From: an uncultured Enterobacteriaceae bacterium
Lineage (GTDB): Bacteria > Pseudomonadota > Gammaproteobacteria > Burkholderiales > SG8-39
Assembly (NCBI GenBank): GCA_964565875.1
Contig: CAZMGP010000016.1
Span: 12,269 to 76,268 of the forward strand
Length of the DNA: 64,000 bases
Direction: 5' to 3'
Part shown: piece after piece, positions 1 through 9,793 of the stretch
Numbering within the stretch: position 1 is the stretch's first letter
Layout of the letters: the number at the start of each line of letters is the position of its first letter
Notes under the pieces: model-generated
What the model was told of the DNA's origin: nothing
Seen by the model: only the letters and a program-made list of their open reading frames with translations
Databases searched by the model: none
Made by a program: the position numbers and the translations under genes

Positions 1-491
1 ATCACGGGCAGGAGCACGTGCTTGCCGAAGAGCATGGAAAGGCCGGAGAGCGCGAGGATGCAGAAGCTGATCGCCATGCTCCAGTGCGCCATGCGCTCAA
101 AGCTGGAGAAGCGTTCGATCATCTTGCCGCTCGCCGGGCTGTGCAGGCCGATCGGCCCGTGCACCTTGTAGAACACGCCGATGGTGATCAGGGCGAGCAC
201 CACCACCCAGCCGCCGTAGAACGTGATCGGGCCGTTGCGCAGTGCGCGCCAAGTCTCGCCCTGGCTCTGGATCAGAACGCCGGCCTCGCGCCCCTTCGCC
301 GTGGTGATGCCTTCCTTGCCGGAGCGCACTTCACGCCAGGTGGGCGCGTTGTTGCCGGGCTGCACTTGCTGGCGCTGCGCCTGGGAGTCCTGCGGCGCGC
401 CCGCCTGTCCCTGCGCGAGCGCCGCGGCGCTCGCCAGGCCGAGCGCAAGTGCGAGCAGGAGAGTGCGCATGCCTGATAAGAAGTCTCGCAT
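1..491 (-). CDS. Formate dehydrogenase gamma subunit (membrane cytochrome b), N-terminal part; gene continues past the left edge
   Basis: Absent from the ORF track because it has no stop in the window. Manual translation from ATG at 491 (SD GGGAGG 4 nt upstream) gives MRDFLSGMRTLLLALALGLASAAALAQ..., then IERFSSFERMAHWSMAISFCILALSGLSMLFGKHVLLPV. That HW-containing first helix is typical of FdoI-type b cytochromes. It is the last gene of the fdh operon. Confidence 0.7.
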   Translation of the reverse strand, partial: MRDFLSGMRTLLLALALGLASAAALAQGQAGAPQDSQAQRQQVQPGNNAPTWREVRSGKEGITTAKGREAGVLIQSQGETWRALRNGPITFYGGWVVVLALITIGVFYKVHGPIGLHSPASGKMIERFSSFERMAHWSMAISFCILALSGLSMLFGKHVLLPV

Positions 492-500
492 GGTTCCTCC

Positions 501-752
501 CTATTCGACGCGTGCGTATTCGTTCTGCCCCTGATTGCGCGACTTGAGCGCGTTCTCCCAGCTCGCCTTGTCGCCCTTCGACCACTTGGAGCTGGTGTAG
601 AGGCTGTTGGACGGATCGTTTTCCCAGGGCCGCGTATCGGTCTTGCCTTGGTACTTGCCCTGCTCGTAGACGACGACCTGCTCGCGCTCGCCGCAACCCG
701 CCAGGCCGGCAAGCAGCGCAGCCACGCACAGCATAGAAAGCATTGGTCTCAT
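501..752 (-). CDS. Small lipoprotein (83 aa) embedded in the fdh operon
   Basis: C-terminal part of ORF 501..1202. Internal ATG at 752 overlaps the fdhB stop (ATGA). Signal plus lipobox MRPMLSMLCVAALLAGLAGC; hydrophilic mature part. Confidence 0.55.
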   Translation of the reverse strand: MRPMLSMLCVAALLAGLAGCGEREQVVVYEQGKYQGKTDTRPWENDPSNSLYTSSKWSKGDKASWENALKSRNQGQNEYARVE

Positions 753-1363
753 GACTTGGCTCCTTTGGCTGGCTGTTCGGGTTTGCCGTAGGCGGTCGAC
801 CAGCCCCAGGCTTCCACGCCCTTGCCGCGGCGCAGGACGCGCGTGCGGAAGATCTCGGCCACTACGTCGGCGTCGCCCGCGAGCAACGCCTTGGTCGAGC
901 ACATCTCGGCGCAAGCGGGGAGCTTGCCCTGCGCCAGACGGTTGGAGCCGTATTTCTCGAACTCTTCCTTGGAATTGTCCTTTTCCGGTCCGCCCGAGCA
1001 GAAAGTGCACTTGTCCATCTTGCCGCGCATGCCGAACACGCCCGCCTGCGGGAACTGCGGCGCCCCGAAGGGGCAGGCGTAGAAGCAGTAACCGCAGCCG
1101 ATGCACATGTCCTTGTCGTGCAGCACCACGCCCTGCTCGGTGCGGTAGAAGCAATCGACCGGGCACACGGCCATGCACGGCGCATCCGAGCAGTGCATGC
1201 ACGACACCGAGATCGATTTTTCCCCCGGCACGCCGTCGTTCATGGTCACCACGCGGCGGCGGTTCACGCCCCAGGGCACCTCGTTCTCCTGCTTACAGGC
1301 AGTCACACAGCCGTTGCACTCGATGCAGCGCTCGGCGTCGCACAGGAATTTCATTCTCGCCAT
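749..1363 (-). CDS. Formate dehydrogenase beta (4x[4Fe-4S]) subunit
   Basis: 204 aa with ferredoxin-type Cys clusters (CIECNGCVTAC, CMHCSDAPCMAVCP, CIGCGYCFYACP, CTFC). Strong SD GAGGAGGAGGAGA. Lies directly downstream of the alpha subunit. Confidence 0.9.
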   Translation of the reverse strand: MARMKFLCDAERCIECNGCVTACKQENEVPWGVNRRRVVTMNDGVPGEKSISVSCMHCSDAPCMAVCPVDCFYRTEQGVVLHDKDMCIGCGYCFYACPFGAPQFPQAGVFGMRGKMDKCTFCSGGPEKDNSKEEFEKYGSNRLAQGKLPACAEMCSTKALLAGDADVVAEIFRTRVLRRGKGVEAWGWSTAYGKPEQPAKGAKS

Positions 1364-1379
1364 GATCGTCTCCTCCTCC

Positions 1380-4292
1380 TCAGGCGCGCTCGATCTGGCA
1401 GAGCGTGGTCTTGGTTTCTTGCATCATGGTCACGGCGTCGTAACCGTAGGTCGTCGCGGTGTTCACCGCTTCGCCGCGGACGATCGGCGCCGCCCCGTCC
1501 GGATAGAAGTCGAGCATGTCCTTGCCCATCCACCAGCCGGAGAAGTGGAACGGCAGGAACACCGTATCCGGTCCGACGCGCTCGGTGACCTGCGCCATGA
1601 CCTTCAGCTTCGCCCCGGTCGGAGTCTTCACCCAGACGTAGTCGTTGTTGCGGATGCCGCGGTCGTTTGCCGACTTGGGATTGATCTCGACGAACATGCT
1701 CTGCTGCAGCTCGGCGAGCCAGGCGTTGGAACGCGTCTCCTCGCCGCCGCCCTCGTACTCGACCAGCCGGCCGCTGGTCATGATCAGCGGGAACTCCTTG
1801 GAGATGTCCTTGTTCTTCTGCTGCACCGACTTGTACAGCGTCGGCAGGCGCCAGAACGCCTTCTTGTCGTCGTGGGTCGGATACTTGTCGATGAGATCCG
1901 GCCGCGGCGAATAGAGCGGTTCGCGGTGCAGCGGCACGCCGTCGGGGAAGTTCCACACCACCGCGCGCGCCTTCGCATTCCCGAACGGATGGCAGCCGTG
2001 GACTTTCATCACCACGCGCTGGATGCCGCCGGAGAGGTCGGTCTTCCAGTTCTTGCCCTCGGCCTCTTTCTTCTCCTCGTCGGTGAGGTCGTCCCACCAG
2101 CCGAGCTTCTTCAGGAGCACGTGGTCGAATTCGGGATAGCCGGTGGTCAGATCGGCGCCCTTGGAGTACGAGCCGTCCTCGGCGAGCAGGTTCACCCCGT
2201 CCTTCTCCACGCCGAAGTTCGCGCGGAAGTTGCCGCCGCCGTCCATGACGTGGCGCGCGGTCATGTACAGGTTGGGCGAGCCCGGGTGCTTGAGCTCGGG
2301 CGTGCCGTAGCAGGGCCAAGGCAGGCCGTAATAGTCGCCGTCACAAGGCCCGCCCTTGGCGCGCAAGGTCTTGACGTCGAAGGTGTGCATGTTCTTCATG
2401 TGCAGCTTGAGCCGCTCGGGGGACTGCCCGGTATAGCCGATGGTCCAGGTGCCGCGGTTGAATTCGCGCGTGATGTCCTCGATCACGGGCTCGTCGTTCT
2501 TCACCTGGATGTTCTGCTTGCCGTCGCGCTTGCCCACCAACTGGTCGGCGAAGCCGAACTTCTTCGCGAACAGATACATGATGGTCTGGTCGGGCTTGGA
2601 CTCGAACAGCGGCTCGATCACTTTCTCGCGCCACTGCAGCGAGCGGTTGGAGGCGGTGACGCTGCCCGAAGTCTCGAACTGCGTCGCCGCCGGCAGCAGG
2701 TAGACGCCGTCCTTCCTCACCATCGCCGCCATCGCGGCGGTGGCCGACGGATAAGGATCGATCACCACCAGCAGGTCGAGCTTCTTCATCGCCTCGACCA
2801 TTTCCTTGCCGCGCGTCTGGCTGTTCGGCGCATGGCCCCAGTAGATCACAGCGCGCAAGTTCGGGTCCTGGTCGATGAGCTCGTTCTTCTCCGTTACGCC
2901 GTCGATCCAGCGCGACACGGTGATGCCCGGTTTGGTCATCATCGCTTCGGAGGCATACTGCTTCTTCAGCCAGGCAAGATCGACGTTCCAAACCTTTGCC
3001 CAATGCGCCCAGGCGCCGGGGATGATGCCGTAGTAGCCGGGCAGCGAATCCGGATTCGGCCCGATGTCGGTCGCGCCTTGCACGTTGTCGTGGCCGCGGA
3101 AGATGTTCGCGCCGCCGCCCATGACGCCGATGTTCCCCAGTGCGAGCTGGAAGATGCAGAAGGCGCGCACCATGGCGTTGCCGATGGTGTGCTGAGTCTG
3201 CCCCATGCACCAGACGATGCTCGAGGGCCGGTTCTTGGCCATGGTCTCGGCGATCTTGTAGCAATCCTCCTCGGACACGCCGGCGACTTCCTTCACCCGG
3301 TCGGGAGTCCACTTCATCACCTCTTCCTTCACCTTCTCCATGCCGTAGACGCGGTCGTGGATGTATTGCTTGTCCTCCCAGCCGTTCTTGAACACGTGAT
3401 AGAGCACGCCGTAGATCACCGGGATGTCGGTGCCGGAGCGGATGCGCACGTAATGGTCGGCCTTGGCCGCGGTGCGGGTGAAGCGCGGATCGGCGACGAT
3501 GATCTTGGCGCCGCCTTCCTTCGCATGCAGGATGTGCAGCAGCGACACCGGATGCGCTTCGGCGGCGTTAGAGCCCATGAACCAAATCGCCTTCGCGTTC
3601 TGCATGTCGTTGTAGGAGTTGGTCATGGCGCCGTAACCCCAGGTGTTGGCGACGCCGGCGACCGTAGTCGAATGGCAGATGCGCGCCTGGTGGTCGGTGT
3701 TGTTGGTGCCGAACAGGCGCACGAACTTGCACAGCAGATAGGACTGTTCGTTGCTGTGCTTGGACGAGCCGATCCAGTAGGTCGCGTCCGGGCCGCTTTC
3801 CTTTCTGATCGCGAGCAGCTTGTCGCCGACTTCGCTGATCGCCTGCTGCCACGAGATGCGCTGATACTTGCCGTTCACCAGCTTCATCGGATATTTCAGC
3901 CGGTGGGAGTGTTCGGTCATGCCGTGCTCGCGCACCGCCGCGCCCTTGGCGCAGTGCGAGCCGAGATTGATGGGCGAATCGAACACCGGCTCCTGCCGCA
4001 CCCACACCCCGTTCTGCACCACCGCGTCGATGGCGCAGCCGACCGAGCAGTGGGTGCAGATGGTGCGCTTCACCTCGACCTTGCTGCCCTCTGCGGGTAC
4101 CGGCGCGGCGTCGGCCTTGCCGATGACGTTGAACGGCAACTGCGAGGCGAATGCACCCGCACCGGCGGCGAGGCCGGAGCGCTTGAGGAAGGCGCGGCGA
4201 TCGACGGTGGTCGCCGCTGCGCCTGCGAGGCCGCGTGTCAGCTTGCTGCGCCCTTCACCGGACGCGACGTTGGTGGACTTGCGCGTGAGCAT
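1380..4292 (-). CDS. Formate dehydrogenase alpha subunit (molybdopterin), Tat-exported, Cys-type
   Basis: 970 aa. Twin-arginine signal (DRRAFLKRSGLAAGAGA), N-terminal CTHCSVGC Fe-S motif, and active-site region ARICHSTTV with Cys where Sec-type enzymes carry U. Continuous ORF with no in-frame TGA. Confidence 0.93.
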   Translation of the reverse strand: MLTRKSTNVASGEGRSKLTRGLAGAAATTVDRRAFLKRSGLAAGAGAFASQLPFNVIGKADAAPVPAEGSKVEVKRTICTHCSVGCAIDAVVQNGVWVRQEPVFDSPINLGSHCAKGAAVREHGMTEHSHRLKYPMKLVNGKYQRISWQQAISEVGDKLLAIRKESGPDATYWIGSSKHSNEQSYLLCKFVRLFGTNNTDHQARICHSTTVAGVANTWGYGAMTNSYNDMQNAKAIWFMGSNAAEAHPVSLLHILHAKEGGAKIIVADPRFTRTAAKADHYVRIRSGTDIPVIYGVLYHVFKNGWEDKQYIHDRVYGMEKVKEEVMKWTPDRVKEVAGVSEEDCYKIAETMAKNRPSSIVWCMGQTQHTIGNAMVRAFCIFQLALGNIGVMGGGANIFRGHDNVQGATDIGPNPDSLPGYYGIIPGAWAHWAKVWNVDLAWLKKQYASEAMMTKPGITVSRWIDGVTEKNELIDQDPNLRAVIYWGHAPNSQTRGKEMVEAMKKLDLLVVIDPYPSATAAMAAMVRKDGVYLLPAATQFETSGSVTASNRSLQWREKVIEPLFESKPDQTIMYLFAKKFGFADQLVGKRDGKQNIQVKNDEPVIEDITREFNRGTWTIGYTGQSPERLKLHMKNMHTFDVKTLRAKGGPCDGDYYGLPWPCYGTPELKHPGSPNLYMTARHVMDGGGNFRANFGVEKDGVNLLAEDGSYSKGADLTTGYPEFDHVLLKKLGWWDDLTDEEKKEAEGKNWKTDLSGGIQRVVMKVHGCHPFGNAKARAVVWNFPDGVPLHREPLYSPRPDLIDKYPTHDDKKAFWRLPTLYKSVQQKNKDISKEFPLIMTSGRLVEYEGGGEETRSNAWLAELQQSMFVEINPKSANDRGIRNNDYVWVKTPTGAKLKVMAQVTERVGPDTVFLPFHFSGWWMGKDMLDFYPDGAAPIVRGEAVNTATTYGYDAVTMMQETKTTLCQIERA

Positions 4293-4304
4293 GATGGCGC
4301 CTCC

Positions 4305-4505
4305 TCAGACCTTGGCCGTGCGGTAGTAATTGCGAACGTGATCCGTCGCCTGATAGCCGCGCGTATTCTTCTTGTCTTCGCCGCCCGCCGCCGCTTGGCT
4401 TTGCTGCGCCGGCCGCGCGGCCAGTGCCGCCGCGCCCGCGGCACCGCTCGCGCCGACGGCAAGCAGGAAATTCCTGCGGCTCAGTTTGGGTTTGCTTGCG
4501 CTCAT
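4305..4505 (-). CDS. Small twin-arginine-signal protein of formate dehydrogenase regions
   Basis: 66 aa, SRRNFLLAVGASGAAGAAALA Tat motif, immediately upstream of the alpha subunit, SD GAGGAGGAGGA. Confidence 0.8.
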   Translation of the reverse strand: MSASKPKLSRRNFLLAVGASGAAGAAALAARPAQQSQAAAGGEDKKNTRGYQATDHVRNYYRTAKV

Positions 4506-4557
4506 TTTCCTCCTCCTCGCAAAAGAACCTAGGCCGAAAACGTCTGACCGGGGGGGG

Positions 4558-5169
4558 TCAGACCATGCTGAAAGCCTCCGCCTCCACGTCCAGAAATGCC
4601 TTGGTGAAACGCGCTACGTATTTATAAAAATTCGTTTGGGGCGAAGCCGCCACTGCAGCGCAAAATCGAGCATAGCAGGGCGCGAGATAGTTTGAAAAGA
4701 AAACTTTCTGTTCCTGCACTGCAGCATCGTCCAAGCCTGCGGCGATGAGGTGGCGCATCACCTCGAACAGGCCGGCGAAGTGGTCCTCGTATTCCGCCGC
4801 CCCGCTCTGGCGGGCGAGGCCCATGGCGACAAGCTCGTCGCGCAGCCGCACCAGGTTCGCCTCCTTGCGCGACGCCGCCAGGTAGTGCGAAGCGTAGGGC
4901 GTGACCTCGGCCATGCCGGTGCCGACGAAGACGCTGTCGTATTCCTCGCGCACGGCGTCCGCCTGCGCCTCGGCCGCAGCCGCCGCGAGCGCCTGCCATG
5001 CCGCAGCGAGTTCGGCCGCTCCCGCGGCCGGAAGCGCCTCCCCGCGGGCGATGGCCGCCAGCAGTTGCGCGTCCGGCGCGGCGTGGAACAGCACCGCGGC
5101 GAGACCGTAGAAATCGGCGCGCGCGCGGTCTTCGGCCGAGAGTTCGGCGCGGGCAAGCACCGCGTTCAC
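4558..5169 (-). CDS. TorD/DmsD-like redox-enzyme maturation chaperone
   Basis: GTG start at 5169 overlaps the upstream stop (GTGA). Sequence VNAVLARAELSAEDRARADFYGLAA..., EYDSVFVG motif resembles TorD-family EYxxLF. Position between the Fe-S protein and fdh genes. Confidence 0.72.
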   Translation of the reverse strand: MNAVLARAELSAEDRARADFYGLAAVLFHAAPDAQLLAAIARGEALPAAGAAELAAAWQALAAAAAEAQADAVREEYDSVFVGTGMAEVTPYASHYLAASRKEANLVRLRDELVAMGLARQSGAAEYEDHFAGLFEVMRHLIAAGLDDAAVQEQKVFFSNYLAPCYARFCAAVAASPQTNFYKYVARFTKAFLDVEAEAFSMV

Positions 5170-7265
5170 GAGCGCACCTCGACTATGGATAGCTCGTCTT
5201 TCTTCTCCATCATGTCGATCACGCGGCAGTCGGCGCACATTTGCAGCCGTCTTGCACCCGCTCCGGCGAACATGGCGTGGCCGCCGAGCTTGCCGAGCAT
5301 GCTGTCGATCATGCGGCGGGTAGCGAAAGGCTTGCCGCAGCGCACGCAATGGAAGGGCTCGGCCTGGTTCAGCACCTGTTCCTTGCGCGCCTCTTCATTT
5401 AGAGCCAGACGCGGCAGGAGCGCGACAGCGTTCTCGGGACAGGTGCTGACGCACAGCCCGCACTGCAGGCAATTGCGTTCGATGAACTTCAGCATCGGGG
5501 TGTCCCGGCCATCGACGAGCGCCGATGCCGGGCAGGCGCCAATGCAGGCCATGCACATGGTGCAGGCCGCGCGGTCGATGGCGACACCGCCCCAGGGCGC
5601 GCCCTTCTCCAGGGCGATCACATCCTTGGGCGCGGGCGCCTGGCGCAGCAGGTGTTCGAGCGCGAATTCGAGCGTGCTGCGCTTGTTCTCGCCCAGCTTG
5701 AACTTCGCCGCATCGGCGACCGTCGCCGCCGGCGCGAGCCCCCAGAGTTCCCCCTCCAGGACCGCACCCGTCGTCGCGACGAGCTTGAAATGCGTGCCGG
5801 TGTAACCGAGCGCGGCGAGTACGGTTTCGCCATGGCGCAGTTGGCCCTGTAGCGCGGCGCCGTATTCTTCGGCCTCTTTCTCGTCAGCGAGCAGCACGAC
5901 CTGGCTCGCGCCGTAGGCGAGCGCTGCGAGCAAGGCATCCAGGCCGAGCGCCGCCACGCTCCACACTTCGAGCGGGATCACCCGTGCCGGCAGGCCGTTC
6001 CCCTTCCCTGCCTGCGCGCGCCGACCCAGCCGCGCGATCGCCTCGCGTCCCTCTTTGGCATTGTGGATGAGGATGCAGGCGTCCTTGCCGCCCGCTCTTC
6101 GATAGGTGTCGAGCACGGTCTTCAGCTGCGTACCCAGTTCGGCTGCGCGCGGCAGCAGATGGGTCATGGCGCCGGAAGGGCAGACCGTGGCGCAGCCGCC
6201 GCAGCCCATGCACAGGTGCGGCTCGACCTTGATGCCGTCGCCGTCCGCGGAGATCGCCCCCGTCGAACAGGTGTCGATGCAGTTATTGCAACCGGTCTTC
6301 CCCGAGCGGCTGTGAGCACAGAGCCGCGCGTTGTAGGAGAAGAACTTCGGCTTTTCGAATTCCCCGACCAGACTCGCCAGGTTCACCGCGGCAAGCGCCT
6401 GCGCCAGCGGATCGCGCCCCGGGGCGAAATAGCCCTGCGGCGGCTGGGCGAGACGTATCGCGGGTGTCTCGCCCAGATCGAGCACCAGGTCGAAGCGCTC
6501 GCTGCGGCGCCGATCGGTGCGCGCAAAATCGATGGCACCGATGTCGCCGCAGGCCTTGACGCATTCCCGCTGCGCCTTGCATTTGGCGGCATCGATCTGG
6601 TAGCTGAAGTCGATCGCCCCCTCCGGGCAGGCGCGGATGCAGGCGTTGCAGCGGGTGCAGGTTTCGAGGTCGATCGGGTTCGTCTGCTCCCAGACCGCGT
6701 CGAACGCGCCGAGATAACCGGAGAGCGAGGCGAGCCTTCCCGACCAGACCGGATAGGCCCGCTCGGCGCCGAGTTCGCTCGCGGCATCGTAGGCGTGCGC
6801 GCCGTCGGCGCCGCCGGTGATGAGAACGTTGACCTTGAGCTCCCCCTTCAGGCGCTCGGCCCATTGCAGCGCGGCTGCAGCCGGCCCGGCGATCAATAGC
6901 TGCCCCTCCGAGCGGTAGCCGACGGCGGCGAGCGGCTCAGGCTCGGGCAGGCTGGCGGCGGCGAGCAGTGCCGCGATCTTGGGCGTCGCCTGCCGGCCTT
7001 GCTTCGACCAGCCGGCAGTCTCGCGGATGTTGACGAACTTGAGTTCGGCTGGGGACTGCGCCTGCGCCGCAAGTTCGGCAAAGAGCGGAGCCTCCTGGGT
7101 GCAGGCGACGAGGCAGGCGTCGCCCTGCAGCGCTTGGCGAAAGGCGTCGATCTCGGCGCGGCACAGTTCGCTGTGGACGGTGAGCGGCTCGCCGGAATTC
7201 AATGCAACACTCAGCCCCCTGGCATCGAGCGCCATGGTGCGGTTGCAGTTGCACAGCTTTACCAT
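5166..7265 (-). CDS. Large multi-cluster 4Fe-4S ferredoxin-domain protein
   Basis: 699 aa with several CxxCxxCxxxCP motifs (CTRCNACIRACP, CMGCGGCATVCP, CTMCMACIGACP, CLQCGLCVSTCP). Confidence 0.8.
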   Translation of the reverse strand: MVKLCNCNRTMALDARGLSVALNSGEPLTVHSELCRAEIDAFRQALQGDACLVACTQEAPLFAELAAQAQSPAELKFVNIRETAGWSKQGRQATPKIAALLAAASLPEPEPLAAVGYRSEGQLLIAGPAAAALQWAERLKGELKVNVLITGGADGAHAYDAASELGAERAYPVWSGRLASLSGYLGAFDAVWEQTNPIDLETCTRCNACIRACPEGAIDFSYQIDAAKCKAQRECVKACGDIGAIDFARTDRRRSERFDLVLDLGETPAIRLAQPPQGYFAPGRDPLAQALAAVNLASLVGEFEKPKFFSYNARLCAHSRSGKTGCNNCIDTCSTGAISADGDGIKVEPHLCMGCGGCATVCPSGAMTHLLPRAAELGTQLKTVLDTYRRAGGKDACILIHNAKEGREAIARLGRRAQAGKGNGLPARVIPLEVWSVAALGLDALLAALAYGASQVVLLADEKEAEEYGAALQGQLRHGETVLAALGYTGTHFKLVATTGAVLEGELWGLAPAATVADAAKFKLGENKRSTLEFALEHLLRQAPAPKDVIALEKGAPWGGVAIDRAACTMCMACIGACPASALVDGRDTPMLKFIERNCLQCGLCVSTCPENAVALLPRLALNEEARKEQVLNQAEPFHCVRCGKPFATRRMIDSMLGKLGGHAMFAGAGARRLQMCADCRVIDMMEKKDELSIVEVRS

Positions 7266-7566
7266 CCTCGCTCCGCGCGTTGTCGTTATATTTATCGCGT
7301 TCCCCTGGCGCCCAGTGCTCTATCACACTGTGACATTTTTCATTAGAGCATCGCGGCATATGCGTGTCAATGCATATGGCGGGCGACGCTCTTGCGGGGC
7401 ACAGCTTCGATCGTTCTTGTCCCGGCTCGGCCGGATTGGCTTGGAATCCCCGTTGCGTCGTAGCCCCAGGCTCGACGCTTCTCTTCTGTTACAAGCGGCA
7501 GGCGCCCCCCCCCGGCCGCTTGCGGCTGCTGTTCGAATTCGGGTGCGGAGTCTAACAGCTTGTAGC

Positions 7567-7590
7567 AAAAAAGGGGCACGCCCCTATTTT
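7567..7590 (-). terminator. Candidate intrinsic terminator after the DUF3306-like gene
   Basis: Minus strand reads AAAATAGGGGCGTGCCCCTTTTTT: a short GC stem followed by T6, 11 nt after the stop at 7601. The stem is only 4-5 bp. Confidence 0.4.
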
Positions 7591-7600
7591 CAACAGGCTG

Positions 7601-8146
7601 CTAAGCGATCTTCGAGCTTCGCCGGGCCGCGGACTCCCCCGCGGGATCCGCTCCGCCCGGCACCGCGTCCGCGAGTGGCGCCTGCGCCGCTGCGGAGGGC
7701 GGCATTTCGGATGGTGAAATTTCGGCCGGCGGCGCGGCCTGCTCGGCCGCGCCCGCTGCGGCCTTGTCCTCGTCCGCGAACAAGGACAAGGCGTTCGCCT
7801 GGCGCAATTCCCGCAGCATCGCCTCCGGGATGGGGTCCGGCCGCGAATAATCGTCGATGTAGGTATCCAGCCCGTCCATGGTGTTGAAATGCGGATCGCC
7901 GAACAGCTTCTTCAGCGCCGTGCGGCGCAGGCTTTCGTCCACCTTGGGATCGAGAAAGCCGCGGTAGTCCGAACGCAGGCCGTCGAGCGCCTCGACGGCG
8001 GGCAATTCGGGCACGGGTGCCGGGGGCGTGGCAGGAAGCGGCGCCGCCGGCACGGCGCTCGCGCCCTGCTCTTCTTGCGCGGTATCTTGCTTCGCCGCGC
8101 GCTTGCGCCGCGACCAGCGCGCGAGGAACGATTCGTTCTCGGCCAT
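7601..8146 (-). CDS. DUF3306-like protein (uncharacterised, fdh-associated)
   Basis: 181 aa, N-terminus MAENESFLARWSRRKR followed by a low-complexity Ala/Pro region. The family name is recalled from memory, not searched. Confidence 0.65.
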   Translation of the reverse strand: MAENESFLARWSRRKRAAKQDTAQEEQGASAVPAAPLPATPPAPVPELPAVEALDGLRSDYRGFLDPKVDESLRRTALKKLFGDPHFNTMDGLDTYIDDYSRPDPIPEAMLRELRQANALSLFADEDKAAAGAAEQAAPPAEISPSEMPPSAAAQAPLADAVPGGADPAGESAARRSSKIA

Positions 8147-8150
8147 GGTC

Positions 8151-8615
8151 CTAAGCTCTACGCGCGCCGTTGAAGGACGGCGGACGGCTGCGCTTCTTCG
8201 GCTCCGGACGGTAGTGCTGCTGCACGAACTCGGCCAGCCAGGCGCGCAGCTCCTCGCTCATGGCGACGCTGTCGACCTGCTCGCCCGCGTCCATGAAACG
8301 CGCCGCCTCGCCGTAGCTCAGCGTGACGAAGCAGGGAACCGCCATGGCGCCCTCGCTGCGCCAGACGACGAACACGCAAGGCTGCGGCGCCGACAGATTG
8401 AGGTAGTAGTTTTCGGCCTCGTCGCGGTGGAGCGAAAGCGCAAGGCCCTGGTGCAACCACTGGCTGCGCTCTGCATCCTGGCGCAGCAGCCGCGGCGAGG
8501 CGCCTTCGCCCGCGTCGGGCAGGACACCGATCGCCTGCCAGGCCTCGTCCTGCCAGCGATTGGCAAGTACGCGACGTTCCATGACGACGGCAAGCTGTTG
8601 AACGCGAACACTCAT
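8151..8615 (-). CDS. DUF3305-like protein (uncharacterised, fdh-associated)
   Basis: 154 aa, immediately upstream of the DUF3306-like gene. The family name is recalled from memory. Confidence 0.65.
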   Translation of the reverse strand: MSVRVQQLAVVMERRVLANRWQDEAWQAIGVLPDAGEGASPRLLRQDAERSQWLHQGLALSLHRDEAENYYLNLSAPQPCVFVVWRSEGAMAVPCFVTLSYGEAARFMDAGEQVDSVAMSEELRAWLAEFVQQHYRPEPKKRSRPPSFNGARRA

Positions 8616-8686
8616 GATGCCTCACTATACTAGCGTAGCGCCCGCTCTGCTATGATCGCCCATCTCACGGTATTCACCGCATCCAT

Positions 8687-9778
<1,092 letters not shown>

Positions 9779-9793
9779 GCGCGCCGGCGAGCG

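Noticed and set aside
1380-4292. Selenocysteine (in-frame TGA plus SECIS) in the formate dehydrogenase alpha subunit
   Set aside because: The ORF is continuous and the active-site position is encoded as Cys (ARICHSTTV). There is no TGA to recode.
1173-4532. 1119-aa plus-strand ORF, the largest in the window
   Set aside because: It lies entirely antisense to the well-supported formate dehydrogenase alpha and beta genes. Its translation is low-complexity and Arg/Ala/Gly/His-rich with no motifs. This is the typical stop-codon-poor antisense frame of high-GC DNA.
7285-7300. ModE-type molybdate-responsive operator (CGTTATAT...) in the fdh upstream region
   Set aside because: Only one half-site-like sequence is present and no inverted TATAT partner sits at the expected spacing. 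The match is too weak to call.
8616-8686. Possible molybdenum-cofactor riboswitch upstream of moaA
   Set aside because: The intergenic region is only about 70 nt and must also hold the divergent promoters. That is too short for the ~130-nt Moco RNA motif, and no matching conserved stems were seen.
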